DNA of 64,000 nt from an uncultured Planctomycetales bacterium (GTDB lineage Bacteria > Omnitrophota > Gorgyraeia > Zapsychrales > JAHFFX01), in contig CAYXGG010000003.1 in NCBI GenBank assembly GCA_964464475.1, forward strand, positions 48,823 to 112,822. Direction: 5' to 3'. A program made the translations under genes and the position numbers. The notes beneath the pieces were generated by a model. The model worked only from the letters and a program-made list of their open reading frames with translations. It was not told where the DNA came from and searched no databases. Positions 20,693-31,668 of this stretch are shown piece after piece (position 1 is the stretch's first letter; each line of letters opens with the position of its first letter).

Positions 20693-21160
20693 ATGAAACG
20701 AACTAATTCTTCAATCAATCAAGAGAAAGAAAAACTTCGCTCCCACCTGGAGAAAGCAAAACTTCGCTTAACCAAAGGACGAGAAGCTGTATTTAATAAA
20801 ATTATCTCTTCCCACGGCCACTTCACCGCTGAAGAACTAGCCAAAGCTCTAAAAAGCGATGGGCAAAAAGTCTCGCGAGCCACCGTTTATCGTTCCATCA
20901 AGGAACATTTAGAAGCGGGTGTTATTAGAGAAACCGCCTTCGGAGACAAACATCATCACTACGAACACCTGTATGACGAGAAACAACATCATCACGCTCA
21001 ATGTTTACGCTGCCACCGGTTCATCGAATTTCCTGATCTAAAAGAGGACTCCATCTATCATCCTTACTTGGAAAAGCAAGGATTTAAAATATTAGGGCAT
21101 GAAATGCATTTTTACGGTATCTGCAAGAATTGTCAATCTCACGAAAACAAGGAATTTTAA
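20693..21160 (+). CDS. Fur-family metalloregulator (Fur/Zur/Mur)
   Basis: HFTAEEL, SRATVYR, HHHAQCLRC, GICKNC. Confidence 0.93.
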   Translation: MKRTNSSINQEKEKLRSHLEKAKLRLTKGREAVFNKIISSHGHFTAEELAKALKSDGQKVSRATVYRSIKEHLEAGVIRETAFGDKHHHYEHLYDEKQHHHAQCLRCHRFIEFPDLKEDSIYHPYLEKQGFKILGHEMHFYGICKNCQSHENKEF

Positions 21161-22041
21161 TGAAACTAACCGCTATTCAACAAGTAATATTCATTATAGC
21201 TCTCGCTTTCATACTTGACGGGCAAGCGATCGCACAGCAACCGGAAGCAGACACTGTAAACAAAAGTCAATACCACTTATTTAACCCTACTCCCAAAATT
21301 AACCTTCGAGATCTTTCCACCGATCGACCCGACAAAACAGAAAGTGCCTACACGGTGGATGCGGGTCATTTTCAAATGGAAACCAGTTTCCTAGATTATA
21401 CTCGAGACAGACACAACAGTGATTCCACCCAAGAAGAAACAGACAATTTTGCTGTCATGGCCACTAATTTGAAAATCGGTCTTACTAATAATACAGATGT
21501 CCAATTGGTGATTGAACCCTATCATTATCAAAGCGCCTCCGATGACTCAGAAAAAACCCTCAAAAAAGGGTTTGGTGATATAACTACACGATTAAAATTC
21601 AATGTGTGGGGCAATGATGTTGGGAGTACCGCTTTTGCTTTGATGCCATTTGTAAAATTCCCAACTAATGGAGCTAATTTAGGCAACGATTCAGTTGAGG
21701 GGGGACTTATTTTACCTCTCGCCATCTCGTTACCGGGGGAATGGAAATTGGGTTTAATGGCTGAATTTGATGCCACCAGAAACAGCGAAGAAGACGGCTA
21801 TCATCCTGAATTCATTCAAAGCATTACGTTAAGCCACTCCATTTTAGGCCCATTGAGTGGCTATTTAGAATTCTTTTATCTTTATAACTCTGAAGAAGAC
21901 GCACAACCTATCGGAACAATTGATACGGGTCTTACTTATACCTTAACCGCTGACGTTCAATTAGATGCAGGCGTTAACTGGGGCGCAACTCGCGCCGCGG
22001 ATGATTTTAACCCTTTTTGTGGAATAGCTTGGCGCTATTAA
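21160..22041 (+). CDS. Outer-membrane beta-barrel (MetA-phenol pathway/'transporter' family)
   Basis: Signal peptide, STDRPDKTESAYTV, amphipathic strands, C-terminal aromatic residue; TAATG coupling to fur. Confidence 0.8.
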   Translation: MKLTAIQQVIFIIALAFILDGQAIAQQPEADTVNKSQYHLFNPTPKINLRDLSTDRPDKTESAYTVDAGHFQMETSFLDYTRDRHNSDSTQEETDNFAVMATNLKIGLTNNTDVQLVIEPYHYQSASDDSEKTLKKGFGDITTRLKFNVWGNDVGSTAFALMPFVKFPTNGANLGNDSVEGGLILPLAISLPGEWKLGLMAEFDATRNSEEDGYHPEFIQSITLSHSILGPLSGYLEFFYLYNSEEDAQPIGTIDTGLTYTLTADVQLDAGVNWGATRAADDFNPFCGIAWRY

Positions 22042-22055
22042 TAATGGAGATACCG

Positions 22056-22988
22056 ATGAATAAAATATCATTTTTAATCAATAGACTCACATGGCCGCTT
22101 ATTCTTTTAGGGTCACTGCTTGTACAATCACCAACCCATGCAGCTGAGATCAAATTAATAAAAGTCGTTGCCACCACAGGTCAAATTGCTGATGCCGTTG
22201 CCCATATTGGCGGTTCTCTAGTTGAGGTTCAAGCTTTAATGGGGCCCGGGGTTGATCCGCATTTGTACCAAGCCAGCCAGGGAGACGTATTAAAACTAGC
22301 TACTGCTGAAATTATTTTTTATAACGGTTTGCATTTAGAAGCTAAAATGGGAGAAATCTTTGAGAAAATGGGCCGCAAAATTAAAACTGTTGGCCTGGGC
22401 GACCATTTACCTACAGAAAAACTTTTAAGTAGTGATACTTTCAGCAATCAGCACGACCCACATATCTGGTTCGATGTTCCCCTATGGAGCCAAGCCGTTG
22501 AGAAAATCAATACATCGCTTCAAACAGTTGATCCTAAAAATAAAGAAATTTATGAATCTAACTTTCAAAAATACCGAGAAAAACTTACGAAGCTCCATGC
22601 CTTTTGCGAAGCCAAAATTAGCGAGGTACCGGAGTCCCAACGAGTATTGGTCACGGCCCATGACGCTTTTCGCTACTTTGGCCGCGCGTACGGATTTCAA
22701 GTTTTAGGATTGCAAGGCATTAGTACTGAATCGGAAGCCGGGACTGCGGACGTTAAAAACCTCGCCGATTTTATTGCTCAACAGAAAATCAAAGCGATCT
22801 TTGTTGAATCCTCTGTTCCCACCAGAAATATTCAAGCGGTTCAAGAAGCAGTGAAGTCCAGAGGCTGGGAAGTCAAAATTGGAGGAGAGCTATTCTCTGA
22901 CGCCCTAGGTGCTCAAGGAACAGAAGAGGGAACCTACATTGGAATGGTGACGCATAACGTAACAACTATTACTAATGCATTAAAATGA
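22056..22988 (+). CDS. Mn/Zn/Fe ABC transporter substrate-binding protein (TroA/MntA-like)
   Basis: GVDPHLY, DPHIWFD, TAHDAF, LFSDA. Confidence 0.93.
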   Translation: MNKISFLINRLTWPLILLGSLLVQSPTHAAEIKLIKVVATTGQIADAVAHIGGSLVEVQALMGPGVDPHLYQASQGDVLKLATAEIIFYNGLHLEAKMGEIFEKMGRKIKTVGLGDHLPTEKLLSSDTFSNQHDPHIWFDVPLWSQAVEKINTSLQTVDPKNKEIYESNFQKYREKLTKLHAFCEAKISEVPESQRVLVTAHDAFRYFGRAYGFQVLGLQGISTESEAGTADVKNLADFIAQQKIKAIFVESSVPTRNIQAVQEAVKSRGWEVKIGGELFSDALGAQGTEEGTYIGMVTHNVTTITNALK

Positions 22989-23001
22989 TTGAGGCTTACC
23001 T

Positions 23002-23760
23002 ATGGAAAACTCTAAAATTATAGTTCCGGCCATTGAAGTGACGGACTTGACCGTTGCCTACCGAGAACGTCCTGTGCTTTGGGACGTCGATTTTAAAGCC
23101 TTGCAAGGGACCTTACTAGCTATCGTTGGTCCCAATGGAGCCGGAAAATCTACCTTAATCAAAACCATTCTGGGGCTCATTACTCCGGCTGCTGGACAAG
23201 TCTTAGTATTCGGAGAACGTTACAACGCGCAGTCCCGCATGATTGGTTATGTACCGCAACGCGGTAGTGTTGATTGGGACTTCCCGACGACAGTTCTGGA
23301 TGTCGTGATGATGGGACGCTATGGTCATCTGGGATGGTTTAAGCGCCCTGGAAAAAATGAGCAAACCTTGGCGATTCAATGTTTAGAGAAAGTCGGCATG
23401 GCAGATTTTATCAATCGGCAAATCAGTCAACTATCAGGCGGCCAACAACAACGCGTCTTTATTGCGCGTGCTTTTATTCAAGACGCGCCAATCTACCTCA
23501 TGGACGAACCGTTTGCTGGAGTGGATGCGACCACTGAAAAAAGCATTATCACCTTGTTGAGAGAGCTGCGTTCGAAAGGAAAAACCGTAGTCTGCGTTCA
23601 TCACGATTTAGAAACCTTAAAAGAATATTTTGATTGGGTCATGCTTCTCAACGTCCGCTCCGTTGCCCTGGGCCCAGTCAACGATGTCCTCACTCATGAC
23701 AATTTACGCCGAGCTTACGGAGGCCGCGCCATTTTCTTAGGTAGCGCTAAAGAAAGTTAA
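23002..23760 (+). CDS. Metal ABC transporter ATPase (TroB-like)
   Basis: [25 protein letters not shown]. Confidence 0.95.
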   Translation: MENSKIIVPAIEVTDLTVAYRERPVLWDVDFKALQGTLLAIVGPNGAGKSTLIKTILGLITPAAGQVLVFGERYNAQSRMIGYVPQRGSVDWDFPTTVLDVVMMGRYGHLGWFKRPGKNEQTLAIQCLEKVGMADFINRQISQLSGGQQQRVFIARAFIQDAPIYLMDEPFAGVDATTEKSIITLLRELRSKGKTVVCVHHDLETLKEYFDWVMLLNVRSVALGPVNDVLTHDNLRRAYGGRAIFLGSAKES

Positions 23761-23762
23761 TT

Positions 23763-24893
23763 ATGTGGGAAATATTACAAACCATTCTTAGCGATTACAC
23801 CTTACAAATTGTGGCTTTGGGCGCCATCATTCTAGGCATAACAACAGGAAGTCTAGGTGCCTTTGCTGTCCTACGCCAACAAAGCTTGTTAGGTGATGCC
23901 ATTTCTCACGCGACTTTGCCCGGCGTTGGTTTAGCCTTTTTATTAACTCAAGAGAAATCACCTCTGGTGCTGTTAATTGGGGCCGCTCTCGCGGGCTGTG
24001 TAGGCACTTTTTTAGCCATGGCCATTGTTCGCACCACCAGAATCAAACAAGACACCGCGTTAGGAATGATACTTTCTGTCTTTTTTGGAGCGGGATTAGT
24101 GCTCTTGACCATGATCCAAAAGCTCCCGGATGCCAGCAAAGCAGGTTTAAACAAATTTCTTTTTGGCAACGCTGCCACTTTACTCAAAAGCGATATTTAT
24201 CTCATGAGCTTTTTAGCACTCATTGCTTTCACTATCATGCTCTTTAATTGGAAAGAATTTAAGATTTTGGTCTTTGATTATGATTACGCGCGGAGCATTG
24301 GGTTACCGGTTCGACGTATTGAATTCTTACTAACGGGCCTCATGGTGCTAGCTATTGTTTTGGGTTTACAAATGGTAGGGGTAGTCCTCATGAGCGCGAT
24401 GCTGGTCGCTCCCGCCGCTGCCGCGCGCCAATGGACGGATCGCCTCAGCGTAATGGTTATTCTTTCTGCCATCTTCGGTGCCTGCGCTGGTTGCCTGGGC
24501 GCCTTAACCAGTAGCCTGATTCCTAACTTACCCACGGGACCCACCATCGTTGTCTTTGTAAGTTTCTTTGTTTTAACTTCCTTAATTTTTGCGCCTAACC
24601 GAGGGCTACTCTGGGACTGGTTTCGCGTTCAGCAACAACGCAAACGAATTTCTGCATCCATGATTCTCAAAAGTATGCTCATTTTTTCTCAAAATCATGT
24701 GGATCCCTATCATCCGCATGACATCGCTGCGATCAAAAGCTTAGGTCTTAAAACCATTGAGCAAAATATTAATGATCTACAAAAGCATGGCTGGGTCAAA
24801 CGCTGTGCTCATAATCAATGGGCACTAACCGCGCCCGGGCTGGAAGAAGCCAAAAGAGTCACTCTGGAATTTGCGGAAGGATCTCATGCTTAG
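23763..24893 (+). CDS. Metal ABC permease (TroC-like) with C-terminal wHTH-like tail
   Basis: SLLGDAISHATLPG, ABC-3 TM pattern, about 90-aa soluble tail. Confidence 0.92.
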   Translation: MWEILQTILSDYTLQIVALGAIILGITTGSLGAFAVLRQQSLLGDAISHATLPGVGLAFLLTQEKSPLVLLIGAALAGCVGTFLAMAIVRTTRIKQDTALGMILSVFFGAGLVLLTMIQKLPDASKAGLNKFLFGNAATLLKSDIYLMSFLALIAFTIMLFNWKEFKILVFDYDYARSIGLPVRRIEFLLTGLMVLAIVLGLQMVGVVLMSAMLVAPAAAARQWTDRLSVMVILSAIFGACAGCLGALTSSLIPNLPTGPTIVVFVSFFVLTSLIFAPNRGLLWDWFRVQQQRKRISASMILKSMLIFSQNHVDPYHPHDIAAIKSLGLKTIEQNINDLQKHGWVKRCAHNQWALTAPGLEEAKRVTLEFAEGSHA

Positions 24894-25998
24894 CCCCCAA
24901 ATTGAAATAATCATTTTAGCGTGCCTGGTTGCTGTAGCCTGCGCGCTACCAGGAAATTTTCTAGTGTTACGGCGCGTTTCTTTAATGAGTGACGCAATCA
25001 GTCATTCGATACTTTTTGGCATTGTCATCGCTTTTTTTATTTCCCAAAATTTAAAATCTCCATTGATGGTGGTAGGCGCGGCTCTCACTGGGGTTCTAAC
25101 CGTTAGCCTGACCGAACTTGTAATCAGGACTCGCAAGTTAAAAGAAGACGCAGCGATTGGTTTGGTTTTTCCACTATTATTTTCATTGGGTGTGATTCTT
25201 ATTAATCTATTCGCCAAACATGTCCATTTGGATACTCAATGCGTTTTAATGGGGGAGATCGCCTACGCGCCATTCGACCGTCTTTTATTAGGCACGCACG
25301 ACCTAGGCCCGTTAGGATTTTGGTCGGTGGGAAGCATTTTAGTGCTTAATTTGTTATTCGTGCTTTTGTATTACAAAGAATTAAAAATCTCTACGTTTGA
25401 TCCTGGGTTAGCCGCCAGTCTTGGCTTTCGTCCTGCCTGGATCCATTATGCCTTAATGACTATCGTTAGTATTACGGCCGTGGGAGCTTTTGAATCAGTA
25501 GGATCCATCTTGGTGGTCGCTTTGATGATCGTGCCTCCGGCGACGGCATACCTGTTAACGCATCGCCTTTCCCACATGCTCATGATCAGCGCGATCGTGA
25601 GTATTCTATCGGCGATTTCAGGATATTTTCTCGCGAAATCTTGGGACGCAAGTATTTCTGGTTGCATGGCACTGATGAGCGGCGTTTTCTTTGTAGCCGT
25701 TTGGATCTTTGCCCCGGAACAAGGACTGCTAGCTCGTTTTGTTTTACTCCGATTCCGACAATTGGATTTTGCTTCCCAAATGCTTGCCGTGCATCTTTTG
25801 CAAAGCGAACTCACGCACGCGGAAGAAACTGAAAGCATTGTCGGGCACATGCGCAACCACATGTCCTGGCAAGACGATTTCACCTCAACCGTTATCGCAC
25901 AGTGTATTGAAGAAGGTCTCATCAAGAAGACCGGCAACAAGCTTAGTCTAACTTCCTATGGTCGCGAAAAAGCCAAGAACACCTTAATTAAAAGTTGA
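24886..25998 (+). CDS. Metal ABC permease (TroD-like) with C-terminal wHTH-like tail
   Basis: SLMSDAISHS, HLDTQCVLMGEI, tail ending LSLTSYGREKA. Confidence 0.92.
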   Translation: MLSPQIEIIILACLVAVACALPGNFLVLRRVSLMSDAISHSILFGIVIAFFISQNLKSPLMVVGAALTGVLTVSLTELVIRTRKLKEDAAIGLVFPLLFSLGVILINLFAKHVHLDTQCVLMGEIAYAPFDRLLLGTHDLGPLGFWSVGSILVLNLLFVLLYYKELKISTFDPGLAASLGFRPAWIHYALMTIVSITAVGAFESVGSILVVALMIVPPATAYLLTHRLSHMLMISAIVSILSAISGYFLAKSWDASISGCMALMSGVFFVAVWIFAPEQGLLARFVLLRFRQLDFASQMLAVHLLQSELTHAEETESIVGHMRNHMSWQDDFTSTVIAQCIEEGLIKKTGNKLSLTSYGREKAKNTLIKS

Positions 25999-26051
25999 AT
26001 CTGGCCTAACAAGCACTATAATTTGGTTTGCAGTCACGAAAGGGCCACAGC

Positions 26052-27239
26052 ATGGAATTTATTAATCGAGTCACTTTGCAAACCGAAATAGAAAAAATTA
26101 TTCCTGAATTAACCGCAGGACTTCAAGAAAACTACGATATTGGCTTTTTGTTCATTTCTTCATTCAGCAAAACGACTCAAGAAGAAATAGTTGAGCAGCT
26201 CTCGCGCCGCCTTAGAATCACCCACCTGTTAGGATGCACGTGCGCTGGCATTATTAGCTCAAACACCGAAGTTGAACATCGCCCGGCTACCTCGCTCATC
26301 TTAGGCAAAATGCCCGGCATTAAAATTTCTCCTTTTAACATTAATCAAACCGACCTAGATAATCTGACAACTCCTGAAGACTGGTTCAACTTTCTTGAAG
26401 TCTACCCAAATGAAAAACCAAATTTTATCGTTTTACCGGATCCTTTTCAATTTGACATGAATTCTTTCCTACGTAGCCTCAATAAAATCTACCCTGGCAG
26501 CAGTGTCGTGGGTGGTTTGGCTTCCGGCGCGTATCAACCTCTAGAAAACACCTTATTTTGCAATCATCAACTTTATCAAGAAGGTTTAGTCGGCGTGATT
26601 CTCACGGGAGGCGTGCACATTGAAACAATCGTTTCACAAGGATGTCGCCCGATCGGCGAAACATATATTGTCACTAAATCTGAAGGCAACCTCATCCATG
26701 AGCTAGCCGGGAAGCCATTCGTTGAAATATTGCAAGCCGTCTTACATAAGGCGTCTGCCAAAGATAAATTATTGGCCCAAGAAGCAATTTTTGTCGGGAT
26801 CGCCATGAATGAATACCAAGAAAAGTTTAAACGCGGGGACTTTCTCATCAGGGGCGTCATCGGCGTTGACCGCCATTCTGGTGCGGGAGCGATTGCCGAT
26901 TACATCAAATCAGGTCAAACAGTTCAGTTTCATATTCGCGACGCTCAGACCGCTGCGGAGGACCTCAATGAGCTCTTAAGCGCACAACAAGCCAAAATGA
27001 ATAAACAAAAACCAAAGGGGGCACTGGTTTTTTCTTGCAATGGACGTGGCGAGAATTTGTTTCGGCAACCGCATCACGACATTCAAATTATCCAGAAATT
27101 TCTGGGACCGATTCCCGCCGCTGGATTTTTTTGCGCAGGAGAAATAGGACCGGTTTGCCAAAACAATTTTTTGCATGGATTTACCAGTAGTATTGCCTTA
27201 TTTTACCCGTCTTCATCTATGGGTAATTCAAAGGATTGA
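26052..27239 (+). CDS. Stand-alone FIST (N+C) domain protein
   Basis: GCTCAGII, GGLASG, VSQGCRPIG, FSCNGRG, GFFCAGEIGPV, LHGFT. Confidence 0.9.
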   Translation: MEFINRVTLQTEIEKIIPELTAGLQENYDIGFLFISSFSKTTQEEIVEQLSRRLRITHLLGCTCAGIISSNTEVEHRPATSLILGKMPGIKISPFNINQTDLDNLTTPEDWFNFLEVYPNEKPNFIVLPDPFQFDMNSFLRSLNKIYPGSSVVGGLASGAYQPLENTLFCNHQLYQEGLVGVILTGGVHIETIVSQGCRPIGETYIVTKSEGNLIHELAGKPFVEILQAVLHKASAKDKLLAQEAIFVGIAMNEYQEKFKRGDFLIRGVIGVDRHSGAGAIADYIKSGQTVQFHIRDAQTAAEDLNELLSAQQAKMNKQKPKGALVFSCNGRGENLFRQPHHDIQIIQKFLGPIPAAGFFCAGEIGPVCQNNFLHGFTSSIALFYPSSSMGNSKD

Positions 27240-27284
27240 AAGTATTTGAATTGTGTGTTATATCTTGCAGTGAGGAAATCACTT

Positions 27285-27656
27285 ATGAATACGCCAAATC
27301 AGAATCAAACAACATCCGAGACTCGTACCAAATCCATTATTGAGCTGACCCCTGCGGCTATTAATAAAATCAAAGCCATGATGGATAAAGATGGCAAAGC
27401 TGACCACTACTTAAGAGTCGGGGTTCTAACAGGAGGGTGCGCTGGGCTTTCTTATGACATGAGTTTTCAGAAAAAAGTATTTGATAACGATTATACGGAT
27501 GAACAGGGCGGTATAAGAATCGCCATTAACGAAGACTGCGAAACATTTTTGTCCCGAGTTAAAATTGACTATGTTGATTCCTTAAAAGAAAGCGGCTTTA
27601 AATACATCAATCCTAACGCCAAAAGCAGCTGCGGATGCGGCACATCCTTTAGTTAA
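27285..27656 (+). CDS. A-type Fe-S carrier (IscA/ErpA/HesB)
   Basis: GGCAGLSY, NPNAKSSCGCGTSF; GAGG RBS before ATG 27285. Confidence 0.93.
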   Translation: MNTPNQNQTTSETRTKSIIELTPAAINKIKAMMDKDGKADHYLRVGVLTGGCAGLSYDMSFQKKVFDNDYTDEQGGIRIAINEDCETFLSRVKIDYVDSLKESGFKYINPNAKSSCGCGTSFS

Positions 27657-27689
27657 TTCCAACCCAATTATCTTTAACCGCTATTAAAG

Positions 27690-27718
27690 TTGCGCTCCCA
27701 GAGGGGGCATATTATAAT
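27690..27718 (+). promoter_or_regulatory. Sigma70 promoter of thiC
   Basis: TTGCGC-17nt-TATAAT, 27 nt before ATG. Confidence 0.65.
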
Positions 27719-27730
27719 GGCCCCGTTTAA

Positions 27731-29563
<1,833 letters not shown>

Positions 29564-29580
29564 TTTAAACGTATTCAATA

Positions 29581-29622
29581 AAATCAAAAAGCCCTTTTCA
29601 ATAGAAAAGGGCTTTTTGGTTT
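29581..29622. terminator. Bidirectional intrinsic terminator
   Basis: AAAAAGCCCTTTTC-AATA-GAAAAGGGCTTTTT between convergent genes. Confidence 0.88.
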
Positions 29623-29639
29623 TCACATACAATAAGTGT

Positions 29640-31472
29640 TTAAGAAATAACTGCCGCCGGATCCATCGCAAACATCTGACGATTTGCATCAATCAATTCT
29701 TCCAATTTCTTCTTGTAAGAAGCCAACTCTAAAATCATTCTTTCACGATACTCTAATGATTCTTCAAGCATTTTTGGAATAATGAGCCTGTAGTACTCAA
29801 TTCCCTCTAATAAATTCTTTTTGAATTCAACAAAATATTCAACCTGCTTTTGCGTAGGCTCTAAGACTTTGGAGACTTCTTTCTGCAAATACTCAATGTA
29901 AAGATTTAACTCTTTAATAAATAAATTCGGTCTATAAGTCTCATTAAGCAAATTGCAACGACCATAAATATGATCCACCATTTCCTTAAGGGTGGCAATT
30001 TTAGAAAAATAAGCAATATTGGGGCCAGGGCATACAGCGCCGAACCGTTTAACCCATTCCTTGCCAATTTTCTTAATGACCATAACCCCTTCACCCAGAT
30101 CATTACAAATGCAGGCTTTATTGACAACTGAATCAAAAATACGTTTAAAATGACGCGGCTCAAGATTAAGTGCCGACACCTGATCCAATTTCAATTTCTG
30201 ATATTGCCGTGATGCCGTACAGATGGGCAGTTTTGTAAATTCTGTATTAGAAACCAAATATCCTTTCGGACAGGGGCTTCCCGGACGACCAGCGAGGACA
30301 CGTCTTTCTTTTTCTAACTCGCTACTGGATTTTCGTAGCGTGTGGAAGGGGACCCCTAAAGGAGAGATATCACTTAAATAGACATCTTGCTCCCCCGCAC
30401 TTGCTAATTTCTGCAACGTATCCTCTTCGACATTGGTCACTTCAGGCACCAACAAAAACGGCGTTCCCCAGCCAGTGCTGTCTAATTGAAAGAATTCACG
30501 CAAAAATTTATCTTCTTTAGCAGTTCCAATTCCACCCTGGGCTGTGATTTTCATTTGCGGGGTCACCAAAAAGGGGGCCAGTGACTTCGCCTTTAACGCC
30601 TCGTTACAAATACCCTGCAGCATAACTTGCAATTCATCACGTCTATTTTTGAACTCCTCCATGATAGGACCAAACAAAAACCCATCTGAAGCGAAAGCGT
30701 GCCCACCACAGTTTAAACCCGACTCAATTCTAAATTCTGAAACCCAAATACCTTTTTTAGCTAAAAATTTTCCCTGTGTTAAAGCCGAACGAAAATCACT
30801 TACTTTTAAGGTAATTTTTTTCTTGATGTACCCAGCGACATCGGCGTAGAAATCTTTAAATTCTTCAATATAACCATACAAACGACGATTAAAACCGGCG
30901 GAAAAAATGATAGAGGCGGCAAGTTCACTTTTAGCAAATCCGCGTAACGCAGCCAACGCATCGGAATACTCAGCAGGCAACTCATTTCCATCCTTATCAA
31001 AATTAGGGCGATCTAGCTTCGTCATAATATTGACATTGATATCCCCCTTACGTAAGGACTGACGAATAGCCATCTGCAATTCTTCTTTAGCCAAAGGATC
31101 TTTTGATCGCGACATGATCAAATAGAGATTCTTTAAGGGAGAATTATCAGGGAGTAATTCGCAATATTTGGTAATTTCACTACCCGGCTCAAAAGGAGAC
31201 TTTTTAAGCTCTTCAAATTGACGTTGAACAATCCGATTCAATAAATTTAAATATTCCGTAATGCGGCGAGCGCGGAAATCATGCTCCTCTTTTGTAATAG
31301 GAACATAGGTTTCACCGCTTTGTTCACAGTAATGTCGACGCATGTCCTCTATCAAAACATCATCAACTAACGAAATAACCGAGGAGATGCCGTAACGGGC
31401 TACTTTAACGGGAGTATCGATCGAAAAACCCGTCCCCATGACGGGGATATGAAAGGAGTGAATGGGTTTCAT
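29640..31472 (-). CDS. Conserved hypothetical protein, probable FMN TIM-barrel (NMO/FabK-like) with Cys-rich C-terminus
   Basis: HSFHIPVMG, ESGLNCGGH, AQGGIGT, GWGTPF; CPKG..C..CIC..CPGP; start moved to MKPIHSF. Confidence 0.6.
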   Translation of the reverse strand: MKPIHSFHIPVMGTGFSIDTPVKVARYGISSVISLVDDVLIEDMRRHYCEQSGETYVPITKEEHDFRARRITEYLNLLNRIVQRQFEELKKSPFEPGSEITKYCELLPDNSPLKNLYLIMSRSKDPLAKEELQMAIRQSLRKGDINVNIMTKLDRPNFDKDGNELPAEYSDALAALRGFAKSELAASIIFSAGFNRRLYGYIEEFKDFYADVAGYIKKKITLKVSDFRSALTQGKFLAKKGIWVSEFRIESGLNCGGHAFASDGFLFGPIMEEFKNRRDELQVMLQGICNEALKAKSLAPFLVTPQMKITAQGGIGTAKEDKFLREFFQLDSTGWGTPFLLVPEVTNVEEDTLQKLASAGEQDVYLSDISPLGVPFHTLRKSSSELEKERRVLAGRPGSPCPKGYLVSNTEFTKLPICTASRQYQKLKLDQVSALNLEPRHFKRIFDSVVNKACICNDLGEGVMVIKKIGKEWVKRFGAVCPGPNIAYFSKIATLKEMVDHIYGRCNLLNETYRPNLFIKELNLYIEYLQKEVSKVLEPTQKQVEYFVEFKKNLLEGIEYYRLIIPKMLEESLEYRERMILELASYKKKLEELIDANRQMFAMDPAAVIS

Positions 31473-31507
31473 AATTTTTGTTTGGCCGATACCGATAGGC
31501 ACACACA

Positions 31508-31642
31508 ACTATAATCTAAAGTACTCAAAACGCAAGAAAAATATTCCTCTTTTTAATTTCTTAAATATACAATATTTCAGTAGTTTAGCATCAGTTAAAA
31601 CACTAACATTCCCATTGAAATAATACACTTTTGTACTAAAAT
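31508..31642. promoter_or_regulatory. Divergent sigma70 promoters
   Basis: Minus: TTGCGT-16-TATAGT (31535-31508); plus: TTGAAA-16-TAAAAT (31615-31642). Confidence 0.55.
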
Positions 31643-31668
31643 ACGACCAAAATTCAAGAAAGGTTTTT

